A DNA stretch of 64,000 nt from Octopus sinensis (taxonomy: Eukaryota): the NCBI RefSeq assembly GCF_006345805.1, contig NC_043019.1:20025360-20089359 (forward strand). The letters are read 5' to 3'. Shown in pieces: positions 38,525 through 52,054 of this stretch. The notes beneath the pieces were generated by a model. The model did not search any database and was not told the origin of the DNA. It saw only the letters and a list, made by a program, of their open reading frames with translations. The position numbers and the translations under genes are program-made. Every line of letters starts with the position of its first letter. The stretch's first letter is position 1.

Positions 38525-39290
38525 AGGTAGTCAACAGAGAAGGCATCCAATGATGAGAAAATCAATGAGCGGTATAGAAAAAGTAGCAAAGTACTAGGAC
38601 CTAGCCATTAACTTACAGAGACTATGAAAAGTGTGGGTAACATGTATCACAGTAGTTATAGGTGCATTGGGAACTATCCCTAAAGATTTGAAAAGATGAA
38701 TAGAGGAAGTAAGTATAAAATCCAGTTTAATACAACTCCAGACAACGGCTAGGATATTTAGTGGAGTTCTTGAAGTCTAAGGTTACTTGACGTAACCTGG
38801 TATTAGAAATTTTTCTTTCTCAACAGTCTAATCTGTTGTGTGTATGTGAATAATAATAATTATTATTATTATTATTATTATTAATTTGAAATAGAAATCG
38901 GCAAAATGTGGAACCTGAGACTAAAACAATACCTGTTGTCATAGGTGCCCTGGGAATGATAGCAAAATGGGCTGATTGCTACCTAACTCAGATACCAGGA
39001 AACCCAAAAGTGGCAGAAATTCAAAAGATAGTGCTCATGGGAACTGCTCATATCCTACGCAAAATACTTTCTATGTAATCTCAAGTATTAAAACAAACAA
39101 TTTTCATATGTTTTTTTTAGACATTCACTAGTACAACATTAAGTACAAAACCAAATATATGGCACCCGAGGCATAACACCAACATGAACTTCCAACTTGT
39201 TGTCTCTTGAGGTCTCTGGGTGAGACTTGGAGCCAACTTGTACAAATGTAAAGCAAAAGTCAAACATATAATAATAATAATAATAATAAT
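38525..39290 (+). mobile_element. Two R4/Dong-clade LINE 3' ends (restriction-like endonuclease)
   Basis: K..KY.DLA....VVIGALGTIP and EIGKMWNL...IPVVIGALGMI...QKIVLMGTAHILRKILSM*, with (TAA)n flanks and tail. Confidence 0.8.
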
Positions 39291-39294
39291 AATA

Positions 39295-39862
39295 AATGCC
39301 CTGATGCAGTACCAGGCAGTGGCTCTCATGGCTTCTGATCTTAACTGATTGGAAGTGTTATCATGTACATTGTTTTGTCTTGGTATAAAAGATGGGCTAC
39401 AGCAAATATTCTGCTCAATACCACAGATTTGCTTGTCAGTTGTTTGACCTTAACCAGTTGAGCATGTCCCTTAGTGGCTGACGATATGTGCATCTCTGAT
39501 CACGAGCAGAAGTAGTGGGGGAGCATCATAGACATGTGTTGAGAGGGATTCTTTGGCGTTTGAATAATTCACCTCTGGAAACATGGGTGGTTCTTTCAAC
39601 ATCCTTAAACAACCCTTATTCAAGGACCTTTTGAGCGGGATGGGCTACTCAACCTGAAGAAAATTCTAACTGGGCCCCACCTGCAAGGTCATGTGCTGTT
39701 TATCTTGATATGAGATCACCATGTCCCGCACATATGGTTGTGATGCATGTGCCTGGTGTACCCTTATCAGACGGGTAGTTATGATGGGTATACTGGGCTT
39801 CATATATTTTACCCCACTGTCACTTTGATGGCATGCACTGCTCTCTCACTCAATAATAATAA
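39295..39862. mobile_element. Unclassified ~570-bp element bounded by (TAA)n
   Basis: GC-richer non-coding block between two (TAA)n tracts. Family not recognised; repeat status inferred. Confidence 0.4.
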
Positions 39863-40167
39863 TAATAACAATGACAATAACAGTAATAATAATATCAACA
39901 GCAACAAACTAAAACTAAATAAAAGTAATTAGAGACAATATTTATGAAGTATATGGATTAATATCAACAAGAAAATATGAATTATATTTAATTATAAAAT
40001 TAGAAATTTGATGATATAATTTTTTTTTTTAATTCATAGAAAGTATGGAAGACAATGAGAACAAAATCAAGATTAATCAATGAAACAGTCTTCCAAGATG
40101 AGAAGGAAGATCCATCAAGATTTCAGGAAATAATTATTGGATAGTTTTGGTATAAAAAGAAGAAATT

Positions 40168-40562
40168 CATAGGCGCAGGAGTGGCTGTGTGGTAAGTAGC
40201 TTGCTAACCAACCACATGGTTCCGGGTTCAGTCCCACTGCGTGGCATCTTGGGCAAGTGTCCTCTGCTATAGCCCCGGGCCGACCAATGCCTTGTGAGTG
40301 GATTTGGTAGACGGAAACTGAAAGAAGCCTGTCGTATATATGTATATATATATATGTGTATGTGTGTCTGTGTTTGTCCCCCTAGCATTGCTTGACAACC
40401 GATGCTGGTGTGTTTACGTCCCCGTCACTTAGCGGTTCGGCAAAAGAGACCGATAGAATAAGTACTGGGCTTACAAAGAATAAGTCCCTGGGTCGAGTTG
40501 CTCGACTAAAGGCGGTGCTCCAGCATGGCCGCAGTCAAATGACTGAAACAAGTAAAAGAGTA
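40168..40562 (+). mobile_element. Family B SINE, full length
   Basis: Matches the other family B copies. Further copies at 37845-38200, 41884-42308, 46290-46730, 57040-57462 and 59488-59903 (all minus). Confidence 0.88.
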
Positions 40563-41454
40563 TATTTATAGAAACAGAGTTTACAAAATATAGAGTTTGA
40601 TATCAACAAGAAAATTATTAAATTAAACAACAAAGGTTGTAAATAGCAAATAGGTTGTAATATAGGAAAAGATTAGTATGATTTAATATTGTGGATTAGG
40701 ATAGATTAAATTATATAAGGTTAGTATATGGAAAAACAAGATTAATATGCATTCATTATTCTTTAAAATACATAATTAATAGATTCACTAAAAAATATTT
40801 TTATATCTAAATATTGTAAACATTATTAGTATCTAAATAATTTTCAAACATGAATTATTATAGTCATAGTGGTGGAATTGACTATGTTAATAGTTAAATA
40901 CAATTACTATGGTTATAAGTAATTATTATTAGTAAGAAGTAATATATATATATATATAATCGAAATTGAACCAAATCCTATGACTAGCACCCGGCCGTTG
41001 CCATTGCCGCTGGACTGACTCGTGTGCAGATGGCAAGAAAAGAAACACCGTTTCAACCCTGTGCTTGAGGAGACCTATTGAGTCAAGTACATCAACATCA
41101 AAAATCAATGGAAATTGTAGTTGTGATACCAGTGCCGGTGGCACGTAAGAGAACCATCCAAATGTGGCCAATGCCAGCGCCACCTTGACTGGCTTCCATG
41201 CTGGTGGCACGTAAAAAGCACCAACTGATCATGGCCGTTGCCAGCCTCCCCTGGCACCTGAGCCGGTGGCATGTAAAAAGCACCCACTACACTCACGGAG
41301 TGGTTGGTGTTAAGAAGGGCATTCAGCTGTAGAAACACTGCCAGATCAGAATGGAGCCTGGTGCAGCCTTCTGGCTTCCCAGACCCCGGTCAAACCATCC
41401 AACCCGTGCTAGCATGGAAAACAGACGTTAAACGATGATGATGATGATGATATA

Positions 41455-42470
41455 CTTGAGGGGGTACTCAAAAGGAACAAGAATTTTGCAATATCATTTT
41501 ATTCACTTAGTTTTATATGTTTACACTTTTACCACCTTCAAAGTATTCTTAGTTTGATGCAGTGTATCGGTCCAGATGCGTTTTCCACTGTTTGAAGCCG
41601 TCCTGGAACTCTCGTGAAGTGATGCTTTTTTAATGCCTCTGCTATTGTTTTCTTCATCTCTTCCGCATCTGCAAAACGTTTTCTGTTAAGGACTTGTTTC
41701 ATTTGGGGTAACAAAAAGGAGTTGCAGGGAGCAAAATCAGGTGAATAGGGAGGGTAAGTAAACAGGGTTCATGCCATTTTTGGTCAAAAGCTGTCTCACA
41801 CTCAAGGCAGTGTGCAAAAGTGCATTGTCATAATGAAACCACCACTCTCCACTTGGCCACTAATCGGGGCATTTTTGTCTTACTCTTACTCTTTACTCTT
41901 TTACTTGTTTCAGTCATTTGACTGCGGCCATGCTGGAGCACCGCCTTTAATTGAGCAACTCGACCCCGGGACTTATTCTTTTGTAAGCCCAGTACTTATT
42001 CTATCGGTCTCTTTTGCCGAACCGCTAAGTAACGGTGACATAAACACACCAGCATCGGTTGTCAAGCAATGCTAGGGGACAAACACAGACACACACAAAC
42101 ACACAAACACACACACACACACATATATATATATACATATATACGACGGGCTTCTTTCAGTTTCTGTCTACCAAATCCACTCACAAGGCCTTGGTCGGCT
42201 CGAGGCTATAGTAGAAGACCCTTACCCAAGGTGCCACACAGTGGGACTGAACCCGGAACCATGCAGTTGGTAGACAAGCTACTTACCACACAGCCACTCC
42301 TGCGCCTATCTCTTGCCGTGTCTCACAAACATTTCAGAACTACCAAGCAAAATGTCTGGTTAACAATTTGACCAGGAAGAAGAAATATTGTGTGGACAAT
42401 TCTTTTCGCATCGATGAAACAAATCAGCTTCATCTTGACACTGGACTTCCCTTTACGTGCTTTTTGGGGG
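41455..42470 (-). mobile_element. Mariner transposase relic interrupted by a family B SINE
   Basis: KMKLICFIDAKRIVH...PGQIVNQ...WWFHYDNALLH...KRFAD.EEMK...EYFEG. Confidence 0.8.
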
Positions 42471-42559
42471 TCTTTAGTGACATTGAATGCTTCCTTTGAC
42501 CTTAATTGCTGCTTCGTTTCTGGGTTATAACTGCAGCACCAGCTGCAATATCTTCAAGG

Positions 42560-43335
42560 AAAGCAATCAGTTTCCTCCTGATAATGTGTTCTATGATTTT
42601 GTTGACATAGGAGGTTAGAGAAACAGCTCTATAATTTTTACCACCCGACATATTATGCCTTCCTTTAGCTTTTTGGGGAGTCTCCCAGTTGCAAGGAAGC
42701 TCTGAGAGAGAATCCGTAGTGTTCTTTCTAGAGCCCTTTTGCATTTCCTTCAGAGGATTGCTAGGAATCCATCGGGGCCTGTATATGTATATAAATGTTA
42801 TAGGAAAAACAAAGTCAAAATTTTAAAAGGTTATGGAAGACAATAATAATAAAATTGATGAAGGGAATTTTCTAATAAATGGAAGAGAATTTTAGTAATA
42901 TGTGATGACTTTCAGAAAAAGGTCCAGATCAACTTCCAACATTTCTTTCAGTTCATGATATGCATTCAGTCGTGACTGCTTTTGATCTTCCATTACCAAG
43001 TGAAGCACAAATTTTGCTGCAACACTTTTCATTTGCAATTCTTTGTTCAAAATTTATTTGTAGGAGCTCCAGGACACACCAGTCATATCAACAAGTTTGT
43101 CAAATTGTTCAGCAACAGTCCTCCAAGAGCAGTTCATGAATTTTCAAATAGTAAGGAAAAAATTAAGCATTTGCTCTCCATGGATGATCTGAAGCTTTTT
43201 AGTAAGAATGAAAAAGAGACAGATTCCTTAATGCAGACTGTAAGACTCTTCAGCAAAGATATAGACACGGAATTTGGCATAGATAAGTGTGCAATATTAG
43301 TCATGAGAAGGGGACAGGTAGTCAACAGAGATGAA
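42560..43335. mobile_element. Patchwork of CR1 (minus), mariner (minus) and R4 RT (plus) fragments
   Basis: NYRAVSLTS (42560-42780); SVAAKFV.HL...QKQSRL (42925-43140); HLLSMDDLKLFSKNE...FGIDKCA (43150-43335). Confidence 0.7.
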
Positions 43336-45172
43336 CTAGGCTCTAGGCTGTCTCATATTTTTGTTTGCCCACTCAGTTGTATCAATCAATTTATCTTTGT
43401 GTTTGTGTGTATAATACACATGCACACACACACATATATATATGTATGTATATGTGCATATTCATATCTATTATATCAAAGTCAATGTCTTTATGTGTGT
43501 TCGTGTGTTACTTATACATTCGAAAACTGCTCACCGATCATAATAATATTTGGAACACCAAATCCAAACCTAGGGAGAAGGGTAATGCTGTGTGTTTCAT
43601 ACAATTTCATGGACCAAAATTATTGAATGGATCCTTATATTTGAAACTTAGATTCAATGCATAAGGGCGTGTATAATGCAATATGTTTGGTTTGAATCTC
43701 AGATGGCTTAAAGGGAGCAGAACCCCCATGAAAATTCATAAATTTTCGATGTTGATGAAATTTCAACCATGGGTAATTGACACACATCAAGAAGTATTCT
43801 TAAAGTTTCCACTTCACATGATGATTCTAAGACACCCTAACGGGGGCCTTAACTCCCAAATTTTAGTCAGTTCTTTTATGATCCAAAACTAGGTCAAAAG
43901 TACTGAATGGATTTTTACAAAATTTGGAAATTATATTCTATGCATGACAGCCATAACCCCTATGACAATTCATATATTTTTGCTGTTGATGAAATTTTAA
44001 CCATAGATATTAGACACAAATGAAGTAATATTTATAAAATTTCATCTTCTTACAAGTTAGAAAGGCCCCTTCATAGGGATTTAACACCCACAATTTACTC
44101 ATTTTATCTAAGCAAAGACGAATACAGTTGTATGGTCACCCGAGCATAAAAGATGAGCATTATTTGTAATTCAATGGTACAACAGTGTAAGAGTTTGCTT
44201 TGACATACACTTAGATTGTGATTTCTGCAATGTGGTACATAAATTGTCAAGTAAATGAGAGGCATCTTTGCCTCCACTGATTCAGTTGCAAAGTGTTGAG
44301 TAAAGTTATTTGATTGCAAACCTCCTTTCAGTCTTTTTATCATCACTGGGTCACACATAGTCCCCAGATGGTAACATTGATTTCAAGGCCTTCCCAGATG
44401 AGTGACCGGTTATTCAAAGACATTTATAGATTGTAAATTTATTCTGTCCAGTTATGTATCAGTATAGCGGTCATTTTCAAACTCCAGAGGTGACACTTTC
44501 ATTTCTCCTTAGCCCTCACGTCACACAGTTGTTAATGTTTATTTGAGTTGGGTCATGCCCTTCCAATTGCTATAGATTCGTAATGCATCTTATGGCTGTG
44601 CCTGTCACCTGGATGGTAAGGAATCCTACATTGGGAGTAGTAAAGACTAAGGTAGGGTAACTGACTGCTTATTGTGATCATTCGTGTTTTGGTTTCCAGT
44701 AGCTTTGCTCTCTTTTACAAACCCAGTGAACATATATTTCCTATTTCAAAGAAATTCAAACAATAGACATAAGACTCAAGTTAAAAAGATTCTCAACAAT
44801 TCAACTTCTCTGGTTGACATTAAAACGCCCACCCCCAATAGGGGCGTTAACTCTCACATTTTAGAGCTCCATGACCTCCATTTTTCAAGAGCAAAATCCT
44901 TTTAACGGGTTCTATTAGACTGGAATTTTGGAATATGCGCATAAAAATCAGTAGTATGGGATACATGTGGCATGATTACAATTTTTTTAGGGTGTGTAAA
45001 GAGGGAAAGAACCCTCGTCTGCAATTTTGATGAAATTCGAAACATAGGTATTCCAGTTCATTACAGAAAATATAACAGAAAAGTCTAATTCTTCAATTGC
45101 ATGTGACACAGGCAACGCCGGGTATCTCTGCTAGTATGTGTATATATATATATATATATATGCATATATGTG

Positions 45173-45220
<48 letters not shown>

Positions 45221-45418
45221 ATGGCCTGGGATCCCCTTTGGTCATGGCACTGACCATGGGCTTGCACCTAGAAAGTTACCTTCCTAGTCACAAGTCTGGG
45301 CAAGGTTGTTTACGGAAGACCAGCAGTCGCCCATGCATACCGGCCTCCGCTCTCCATGCCACCAGTGTTATCCAAGGGAAAGGCTGTGTGTATATATATA
45401 TATATGTATATGTGTGTG

Positions 45419-45491
<73 letters not shown>

Positions 45492-45699
45492 GTATATATA
45501 TGTATATATAGAGAGATGTATATGTATATATGTATATATATGTGTGTATGTATATGTATACTTTTTGTATTATTGTCTTTTTGGTAAGTATATGTTAGCT
45601 GGTTGATGATACAATTGTATTTATCAAAGAGATCGCTGAAGTCACAAAACTGCCTACAAAACTGACCGTGTCAAAATATTGCAAATAAGCATGAAAAAG

Positions 45700-46015
45700 T
45701 GATTAAGTGACACCTGGGAATTCTAAGGGACCTAGCTGCTGAGTTGAGTCTGAAGCTGCACTCGGTCTTCGTGCCGTCAGAAAAGAATACGGCAGATGTT
45801 CTACCCAGACTAATGAAGCACTGGTTGGAAATGACAGGAGACATTCAAAGCAGAATGGTTGCAGTTTGTTGGCTAGAGGGCCCAAAACTGAGGAGGATGC
45901 ACAACATGGGGATCGACAGGACATTGTTTTGGCCAGGGTGAGTGTTCAGAATGTAGTTGGAAATTGTGACAAGTGTCAGTCCATCAATCCTGCACCAATG
46001 TGCATGAAACAAGAA
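45700..46015 (+). mobile_element. Gypsy-type RNase H/integrase zinc-finger relic
   Basis: LKLHSVFVPSEKNTADVL...MHNMGIDRTL...VVGNCDKCQSINPAP (HHCC-like). Confidence 0.65.
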
Positions 46016-47816
46016 AGGCCTGGGTGGAGAAAAACTGGAAGATGCTAAAGGTAGATGTGATATGAGGGGATGGGTGTACCTCACAGTTTGTTTGTTTTGT
46101 TGTTTGTTCTTTCTTGAACCACGCCTGGCTCATAAGGGCTGGTTTCCCGGTTTCCTTGGCGTATAGGTTCCCCACCTGGACGGGACGCTGGTCTGTCACA
46201 GGTGAGCTGTAGAATAGATTTCCTGTACATAGACAAATTGTAAATATGGAGAAGAGATTAACTATATTGTAGAATTCTTATCTATACCTAGTATCTTTCT
46301 TTTTTCTTTTTACTTGTTTCAGTCATTTGACTGCAGCCATGCTGGAGCACCGCCTTTAGTCGAGCAAATCGACCCCGGGACTTATTCTTTGTAAGCCCAG
46401 TACTTATTCTATCGGTCTCTTTTGCCGAACTGCTAAGTGACGGGGACGTAAACACACCACCATCGGTTGTCAAGCAATGCTAGGGGGACAAACACAGACA
46501 TAGAAACACACACACACACACATATATATACATACATACATATATATATATATATACATATATACGACAGGCTTCTTTCAGTTTCCGTCTACCAAATCCA
46601 CTCACAAGGCATTGGTCGGCCCGGGGCTATAGTAGAAGACACTTGCCCAAGATGCCACGCAGTGGAACTGAACCCAGAACCATGTGGTTGGTTAGCAAGC
46701 TACTTACCACACAACCACTCCTGCACCTATGTATATTGTAAAATTTTTATATGTACAATTCATAGATTATAAAACACATTACCTATACTGTAGAATATCT
46801 CTGTATATCAAGAATTAAACTTGTAACCTTTAGTATAAAACAAATTCTCATATTAAAAAAAGTAAAGAAGAAAGCTATAAAGGCATAAGATAAACAAAAC
46901 GTGATCAAGATAATAACAAAAGACAGAGATTTAAGACAACTTTTATTATTATTTAAAATAGATATTGATACATATGTATACATAAAAGTTTAAATGTATA
47001 AAAAATAATGAAATAAAGAAGTTATTATTATTATTATCGTCATCATAATAATGATGGTTTTCTTTATTGACCCCAAAGGCTAAACACAAAAAAAAATACG
47101 GACAATACAACTCAAGGGACAAGTAGCGTTTGAAACCATACGTGGATAAAATAAATAACAATTAACAATTAAAATTCTTCAAAAGGGGAACGTTCTTCTC
47201 AGGGACAACCAAGGAATCCCACACATATTGGTTACCCTGACCTCCAGGGGTACCTGTTGAAACCATAATTTGTGTTAAGCTTCACAGTAAATCTCACAGC
47301 TGTGGGAATATTGGGCTGGGGTCTTGGCGCCGGCTCCCTGCATTCTGGGTCCAACATGTGCCAATAAGAAGCAAATATCATCATCATTAGTCATTCATTA
47401 ACTTTATATTATAAATATTAAAGCCTAGAATTGGAAAATACTTTTCTGTTAAAAAAGTACAATTACCAATTTTTGGTGTATCTTTTGATATAAAAACGTT
47501 TTGAATTGGTGAACCAAATATTTTACCCACACAAAAAATGTTTAGATTAGGTTATTTTTATATCATGAAAAAAAAAAAAGGAGCCCAACAGCCTATTCCA
47601 GGTAAGCCCCTGTTAAATCCAATCCAAATTAACTTAGCTCGACTCAGATCAGGCTAGGTTGTCCAGGTCAGTTAAATTTCTTTTTATACCTGACTCTTAA
47701 TTTTAGATGTCATGTGGAATAATGTGGTATTTACCTTTAGAGTCCCTTTCATATAGATGTTATGATATATGTCTGTGCTTTTATAAACTATATGTCTATA
47801 TGAGAGGATCTATTAA

Positions 47817-48035
47817 CCCTTTAGTGTTCAGATTACTCTGTTAAATGTAATACTTTTTCACTCAAATTGTTTTGAAAAATCAGGCATTATTTTATAGCTT
47901 TGAGGTTTCAATGATGTGATTGTTTATTTTTAGAATGTCAATGTAGGTTAGGTGTGAGAGGCTAGATATGGCCAGTTTGAATATAAAACATGTAGAATAT
48001 CTGGGCCAGATATGGCCGGTTTAAACACTAAAGGG
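47817..48035. mobile_element. piggyBac MITE
   Basis: TTAA|CCCTTTAGTGTT...AACACTAAAGGG|TTAA. Confidence 0.85.
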
Positions 48036-48405
48036 TTAAGGGTTAAGGGAGATGCTGCACTATTTAGTGTTCTAACAGGACATCTGTGTGAAATTGGATA
48101 TCGAGATTGCTTTTTTAAATATATTAACACAATTAGATAATCAAAAGTTTGAAACTACTCCTCAAGAAATACCAGTAATTACTTACTACACATTAAGAAT
48201 ACATTGTATATATTTGAGTATTTGCAAGAATACTTTTGTCAAAGAAGCAAAAAAACACTAATTAGCCATTCATCAGTAATTACCTCTCGTTCTTACATCA
48301 TGTTAGTCAAAGGCTTGCTATTGGAAACATAAATAAATAAATAAATATATAAACAGGTTAATTGAGGTGGGGGGGAAGTGACTGTGATGTGGTGGCTACT
48401 TTCGG

Positions 48406-48410
48406 TCATC

Positions 48411-48459
<49 letters not shown>

Positions 48460-48604
48460 CCATCATCACCATCATCATCACCATCATCATCATCATCATC
48501 ATCACCATCATCATCACCATCATCATCAACATCGTCGTCGTCGTCATCATCATCATCATCATCATCATCACCACCACCATCATCATCATCATCATCACCA
48601 CCAT

Positions 48605-48636
<32 letters not shown>

Positions 48637-48761
48637 TCACCATCATCATCACCATCACCATCATCATCACCATCGTCATCGTCGTCGTCATCATCATCAT
48701 CATCATCATCACCATCATCACCACCATCATCATCATCATCACCACCATCACCACCATCATC

Positions 48762-48793
<32 letters not shown>

Positions 48794-48865
48794 CATCACC
48801 ATCACCATCACCACCATCATCACCATCGTCATCATCATCATCACCATCGTCATCATCATCATCAC
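48406..48865. repeat. Cryptic (CAT/CAC/CGT)n triplet array
   Basis: Directly visible, just downstream of the ABAT stop codon. Confidence 0.95.
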
Positions 48866-48934
48866 AAGGGTTACTGTGGATGTTTGTATTTGATATTTGC
48901 ATTGTTGGTGTTGCTGTTGTTGTTGTTGTTAATA

Positions 48935-48940
48935 TTTATT
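48935..48940 (-). terminator. Candidate ABAT polyadenylation signal (AATAAA)
   Basis: First AATAAA on the minus strand, about 55 nt after the stop codon. Positional inference only. Confidence 0.35.
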
Positions 48941-48992
48941 TTTCTTGTTTTTCTTTGAAATCAGATTTGTTTTTTTCACATCGCCTTCTTTT

Positions 48993-49165
48993 TCAGTTTG
49001 CCATTGCGGCTTTTGTTGCTTTCGGTGGTGCAGTGTTTCGTTTCGATGCCATACTTTGCACAACTTCGTTTAGCACATTCAGAAAAATGTCCACGTGATG
49101 GCGCTGTGCGAGCAATGTCGGACGTAGTCGTAAAGTGCTTTCTCCGGATCCTCCGACATTGACAC
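48993..49165 (-). CDS. ABAT: ABAT-like last coding exon with stop
   Basis: (G)VNVGGSGESTLRLRPTLLAQRHHVDIFLNVLNEVVQSMASKRNTAPPKATKAAMAN*. TTTTTTCCAG acceptor. The eight exons sum to 1110 nt in frame. Confidence 0.93.
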
Positions 49166-49245
49166 CTGGAAAAAAAATAAAAATAAAACACGGGTAAAAT
49201 TATTAAATATACATCTAGGCACAGGTGTAGCTGTATGGAAATAGT

Positions 49246-49763
49246 AGTAGTGATACCTGTGCCGGTGGCACATAAAAAGCACCATCCGAACGTGGCCGGT
49301 GCCAGCGCCGCCTCGACTGGCTTCTGTGCCAGTGGCACATAAAAAGCACCATCTGAACTTAGCCGATGCCAGCGCCGCCTCGACTGGCTTCTGTGCCGGT
49401 GGCACATAAAAAGCACCATCCAAACGTGGCCAATGCCAGCGCCGCCTCGACTGGCTTCTGTGCCGGTGAAACATAAAAAGCACCATCCGAACGTTGCCAA
49501 TGCCAGCTCCACCTCGACTGGCTTCTGTGCCGGTGGCACGTTAAAAGCACCAACCGATCGTGGCCGATGCCAGACTCCCCTGGCACGTAAAAAGCACCCA
49601 CTACACTCGTGGAGTGGTTGGCATTAGGAAGGGCATCCAGCTGTAGAAACACTGCCAGATCAGACTGGAGCCTGGTGCAGCCCCTGGCTTCCCAGACCCC
49701 GGTCGAACCATCCAACCTGTGCTAGCGTGGAAAACGGACGTTAAACGATGATGATGATGATGA
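49246..49763 (+). mobile_element. Family D element with ~5 x 67-bp internal tandem repeat, nested in an old family B SINE
   Basis: GTGGCAC-type motif recurs at 49265, 49332, 49399, 49466 and 49533. Confidence 0.85.
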
Positions 49764-50792
49764 TTACTTCCCAGCCCCACATGATTCCAGGTTGTCCCGC
49801 TACATGGTACCTTGGGCAACTATCTCGTACTATAACCTTGTGAGGAGATTTGGATAGAAACTGAAAGAAGCCTGTTGTGTGTCAGTGTGCCTTTGTTTTG
49901 TGTTTGTCCCACACTACCATCTGACAAGTGTTGGTTTGTTTATCAACAACTTAACTTAGCTGTTCAGCAAAAGGTACTAATAGATAAGTTTTAGGTTTTA
50001 AAAGAAGCACTAGGGTTAATTCACACACACAAATACATATACATTATATATATATATACGTTTTTATTATTTTTTTGCAATTTACTTAATCATCGGTATA
50101 TTATTGTTATTTAAATTTTAATATTTTTATTATATGTAATTTTCTAGATGGTGTAATTTAATTGTTCATTTTGAATTGATAAAAGGTGGTTTTTTTCTAA
50201 TTTATATATATATATATATATTATATTGTGTAAAATTTGATTTAGTATTTCTAAATTGAATTTTTCCCTGTAAGTTAGGATTAATATTCCCACAAATAAT
50301 TATTATATATATATATATTGATTCTTTGTAGAAATACATAAATCCAGAGGAGAAGCACACTCTGAGATGTAGAGCAGTTAATATTATAATGGGGGAAGTC
50401 GGTTTATGGGGTTACCCTGGGTAATAAGGGGTTTGGCTTTATGGTGTATCTTGAGACCTCAAACACTGCTGGCCTAAGACCTCTTCAAAATATGGTGCGA
50501 GAAATGCCTTGCTATAAAAGTAAACGCTAGGTGATTATCTCCCTTTGCCGTTGGCTATCGAGCGGTCACGAAAGGAGACAATTGTCTCACTTCGGCCTTG
50601 GCTACTGGCTTCCATCTGTAGCATCGTCATGTGGATTCCAAAAGGCCACCAGGAATCTTCTAAAATGCATGGCCTGAAAATCTCCATTCTGGAGTTCAGG
50701 ATGCTCCCTTGTATAAGCGAGTCTTTTAGGATTCTTGTGCATTCGGCAATGCATATCTTTTAGGATTCTCTGGCAACCCCTGCCTGTTTAAA

Positions 50793-51440
50793 ATAATAAT
50801 AGAATTATTGTATACAGTGCTCAGGTGCACCACAAATTGTCAGAAAGTGCATATAAAGTGTATGCAGTAATGTACAAATGTCTGGAAAGCGAACAATGTA
50901 TGAGTCAGATACATGCTTGCATGTGTATGGAGGGGAGAAAATCAGGTGTAGTGTTGGCGAATCTCAGGAAGCATGGAAGTTTTGAAGGATGCAGTGCTCC
51001 GACAACTAACAACTGATACCGGCAGTCTGTTCCATGCTTCAGCAACTCTTAGCGTGAAAAAATGTTTCCGAAATTCATGGGAGCTGTGCTGTTTTCTGAC
51101 TTTGTAAACATGTCCACGGGTGTTAGACGGGTGGAGTTTGAAAAGGTGCTCAGAGTTATTGTTTGTAAGATGGTTAATAATTTTATGGGTGTCTGCCAAG
51201 TCAGCTGCCAGACGTCGGAGTTTCAATGTGTCCATGCCCAGGGAAGTAAGGCGTTCAGAATATGGCAAATGCCTGATGGAGGGTATTCTTTTGGTTGGAC
51301 GTCGCTGAACGGCTTCCAGACGATTAATATCCTGGGCAAGATAGGGGTTCCAGACCGGTGATGCAAGTCCGATTTCATCCTATACGGTGATTACACTGTC
51401 CTTTCTTTCAATTCCATGACTTTCTACTCTATCAGTGTAC
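50793..51440 (-). mobile_element. CR1/L2-type LINE 3' end
   Basis: YSERLTSLGMDTLKLRRLAADL...TRGH.YK...RKHFFTLRVAEAWNRLP...SFK. Confidence 0.88.
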
Positions 51441-51630
51441 CCTATTGTAGTGAGTTACAAGATAGTAAGCCTCTCTTGAATAAATCTTACACACACACCC
51501 CTATGAAACTATACAATTGTTTGTTATGATAAGGCAAATTCTTTGGTATAAAAAGGGGTGAACTTCTGAACACAACAGAATTGAAAAATCTGTGAAATAA
51601 CATTCAAGGATGAAATTACGTAACAAAAAT

Positions 51631-52054
51631 GGGATCTTTTCGGTTTGACCGGCAGTTTTTAACATAATTTCTAGGTAACTAAAAAATTTTAAACTTCGTA
51701 TACTGGTAGAATGTGTTTATAAAACATCTTTTTCTCTTGGCTTTATTGAGAAAATTCTATAGTTTGTAAGATATTTGTTGGGTTTTTTCTTCAATTTCTG
51801 CAATTTCAACCAATCACTGACGTCGTTTGAGGTAAAAAAAAAAACATTCTGTGCCGTACGAATATGTCCCTCATTTAAGAAACAGATTGGGTTTATTTAC
51901 ATTTCTGAAGAAAAAAAGATACCCTTCCCCCACCCCTAACCCTAACCCTAAAACAGATTGAAATGCAATAGATCGATACTAGGGTCATAATTATGGGTGA
52001 CAATTTCATATGACACTGCTACATAAAAACTGCCGTTCAAACCGAAAAGATCCC
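51631..52054. mobile_element. MITE with 29-bp TIRs carrying (CCCTAA)3
   Basis: GGGATCTTTTCGGTTTGACCGGCAGTTTT / AAAACTGCCGTTCAAACCGAAAAGATCCC. Partial inverted copy at 60437-60809 and a related fragment near 9430-9650. Confidence 0.85.

Noticed and set aside
45025-45055. TTGATGA-AATT-CGAAA-CATAGGTA as a minimal hammerhead
   Set aside because: No C3 and no stem I. TTGATGAAATT recurs nearby as part of an unrelated repeat (43750, 43985).
48293-48958. Long poly-His, poly-Asp, poly-Met and poly-Ile ORFs
   Set aside because: All are frames of one (CAT)n cryptic microsatellite, which lacks stops by construction. No splice or domain support.
49258-49560. Regularly spaced repeats resembling a CRISPR array
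   Set aside because: Whole 67-bp units repeat with no unique spacers, they sit inside a retroelement, and there are no cas genes in this eukaryotic context.
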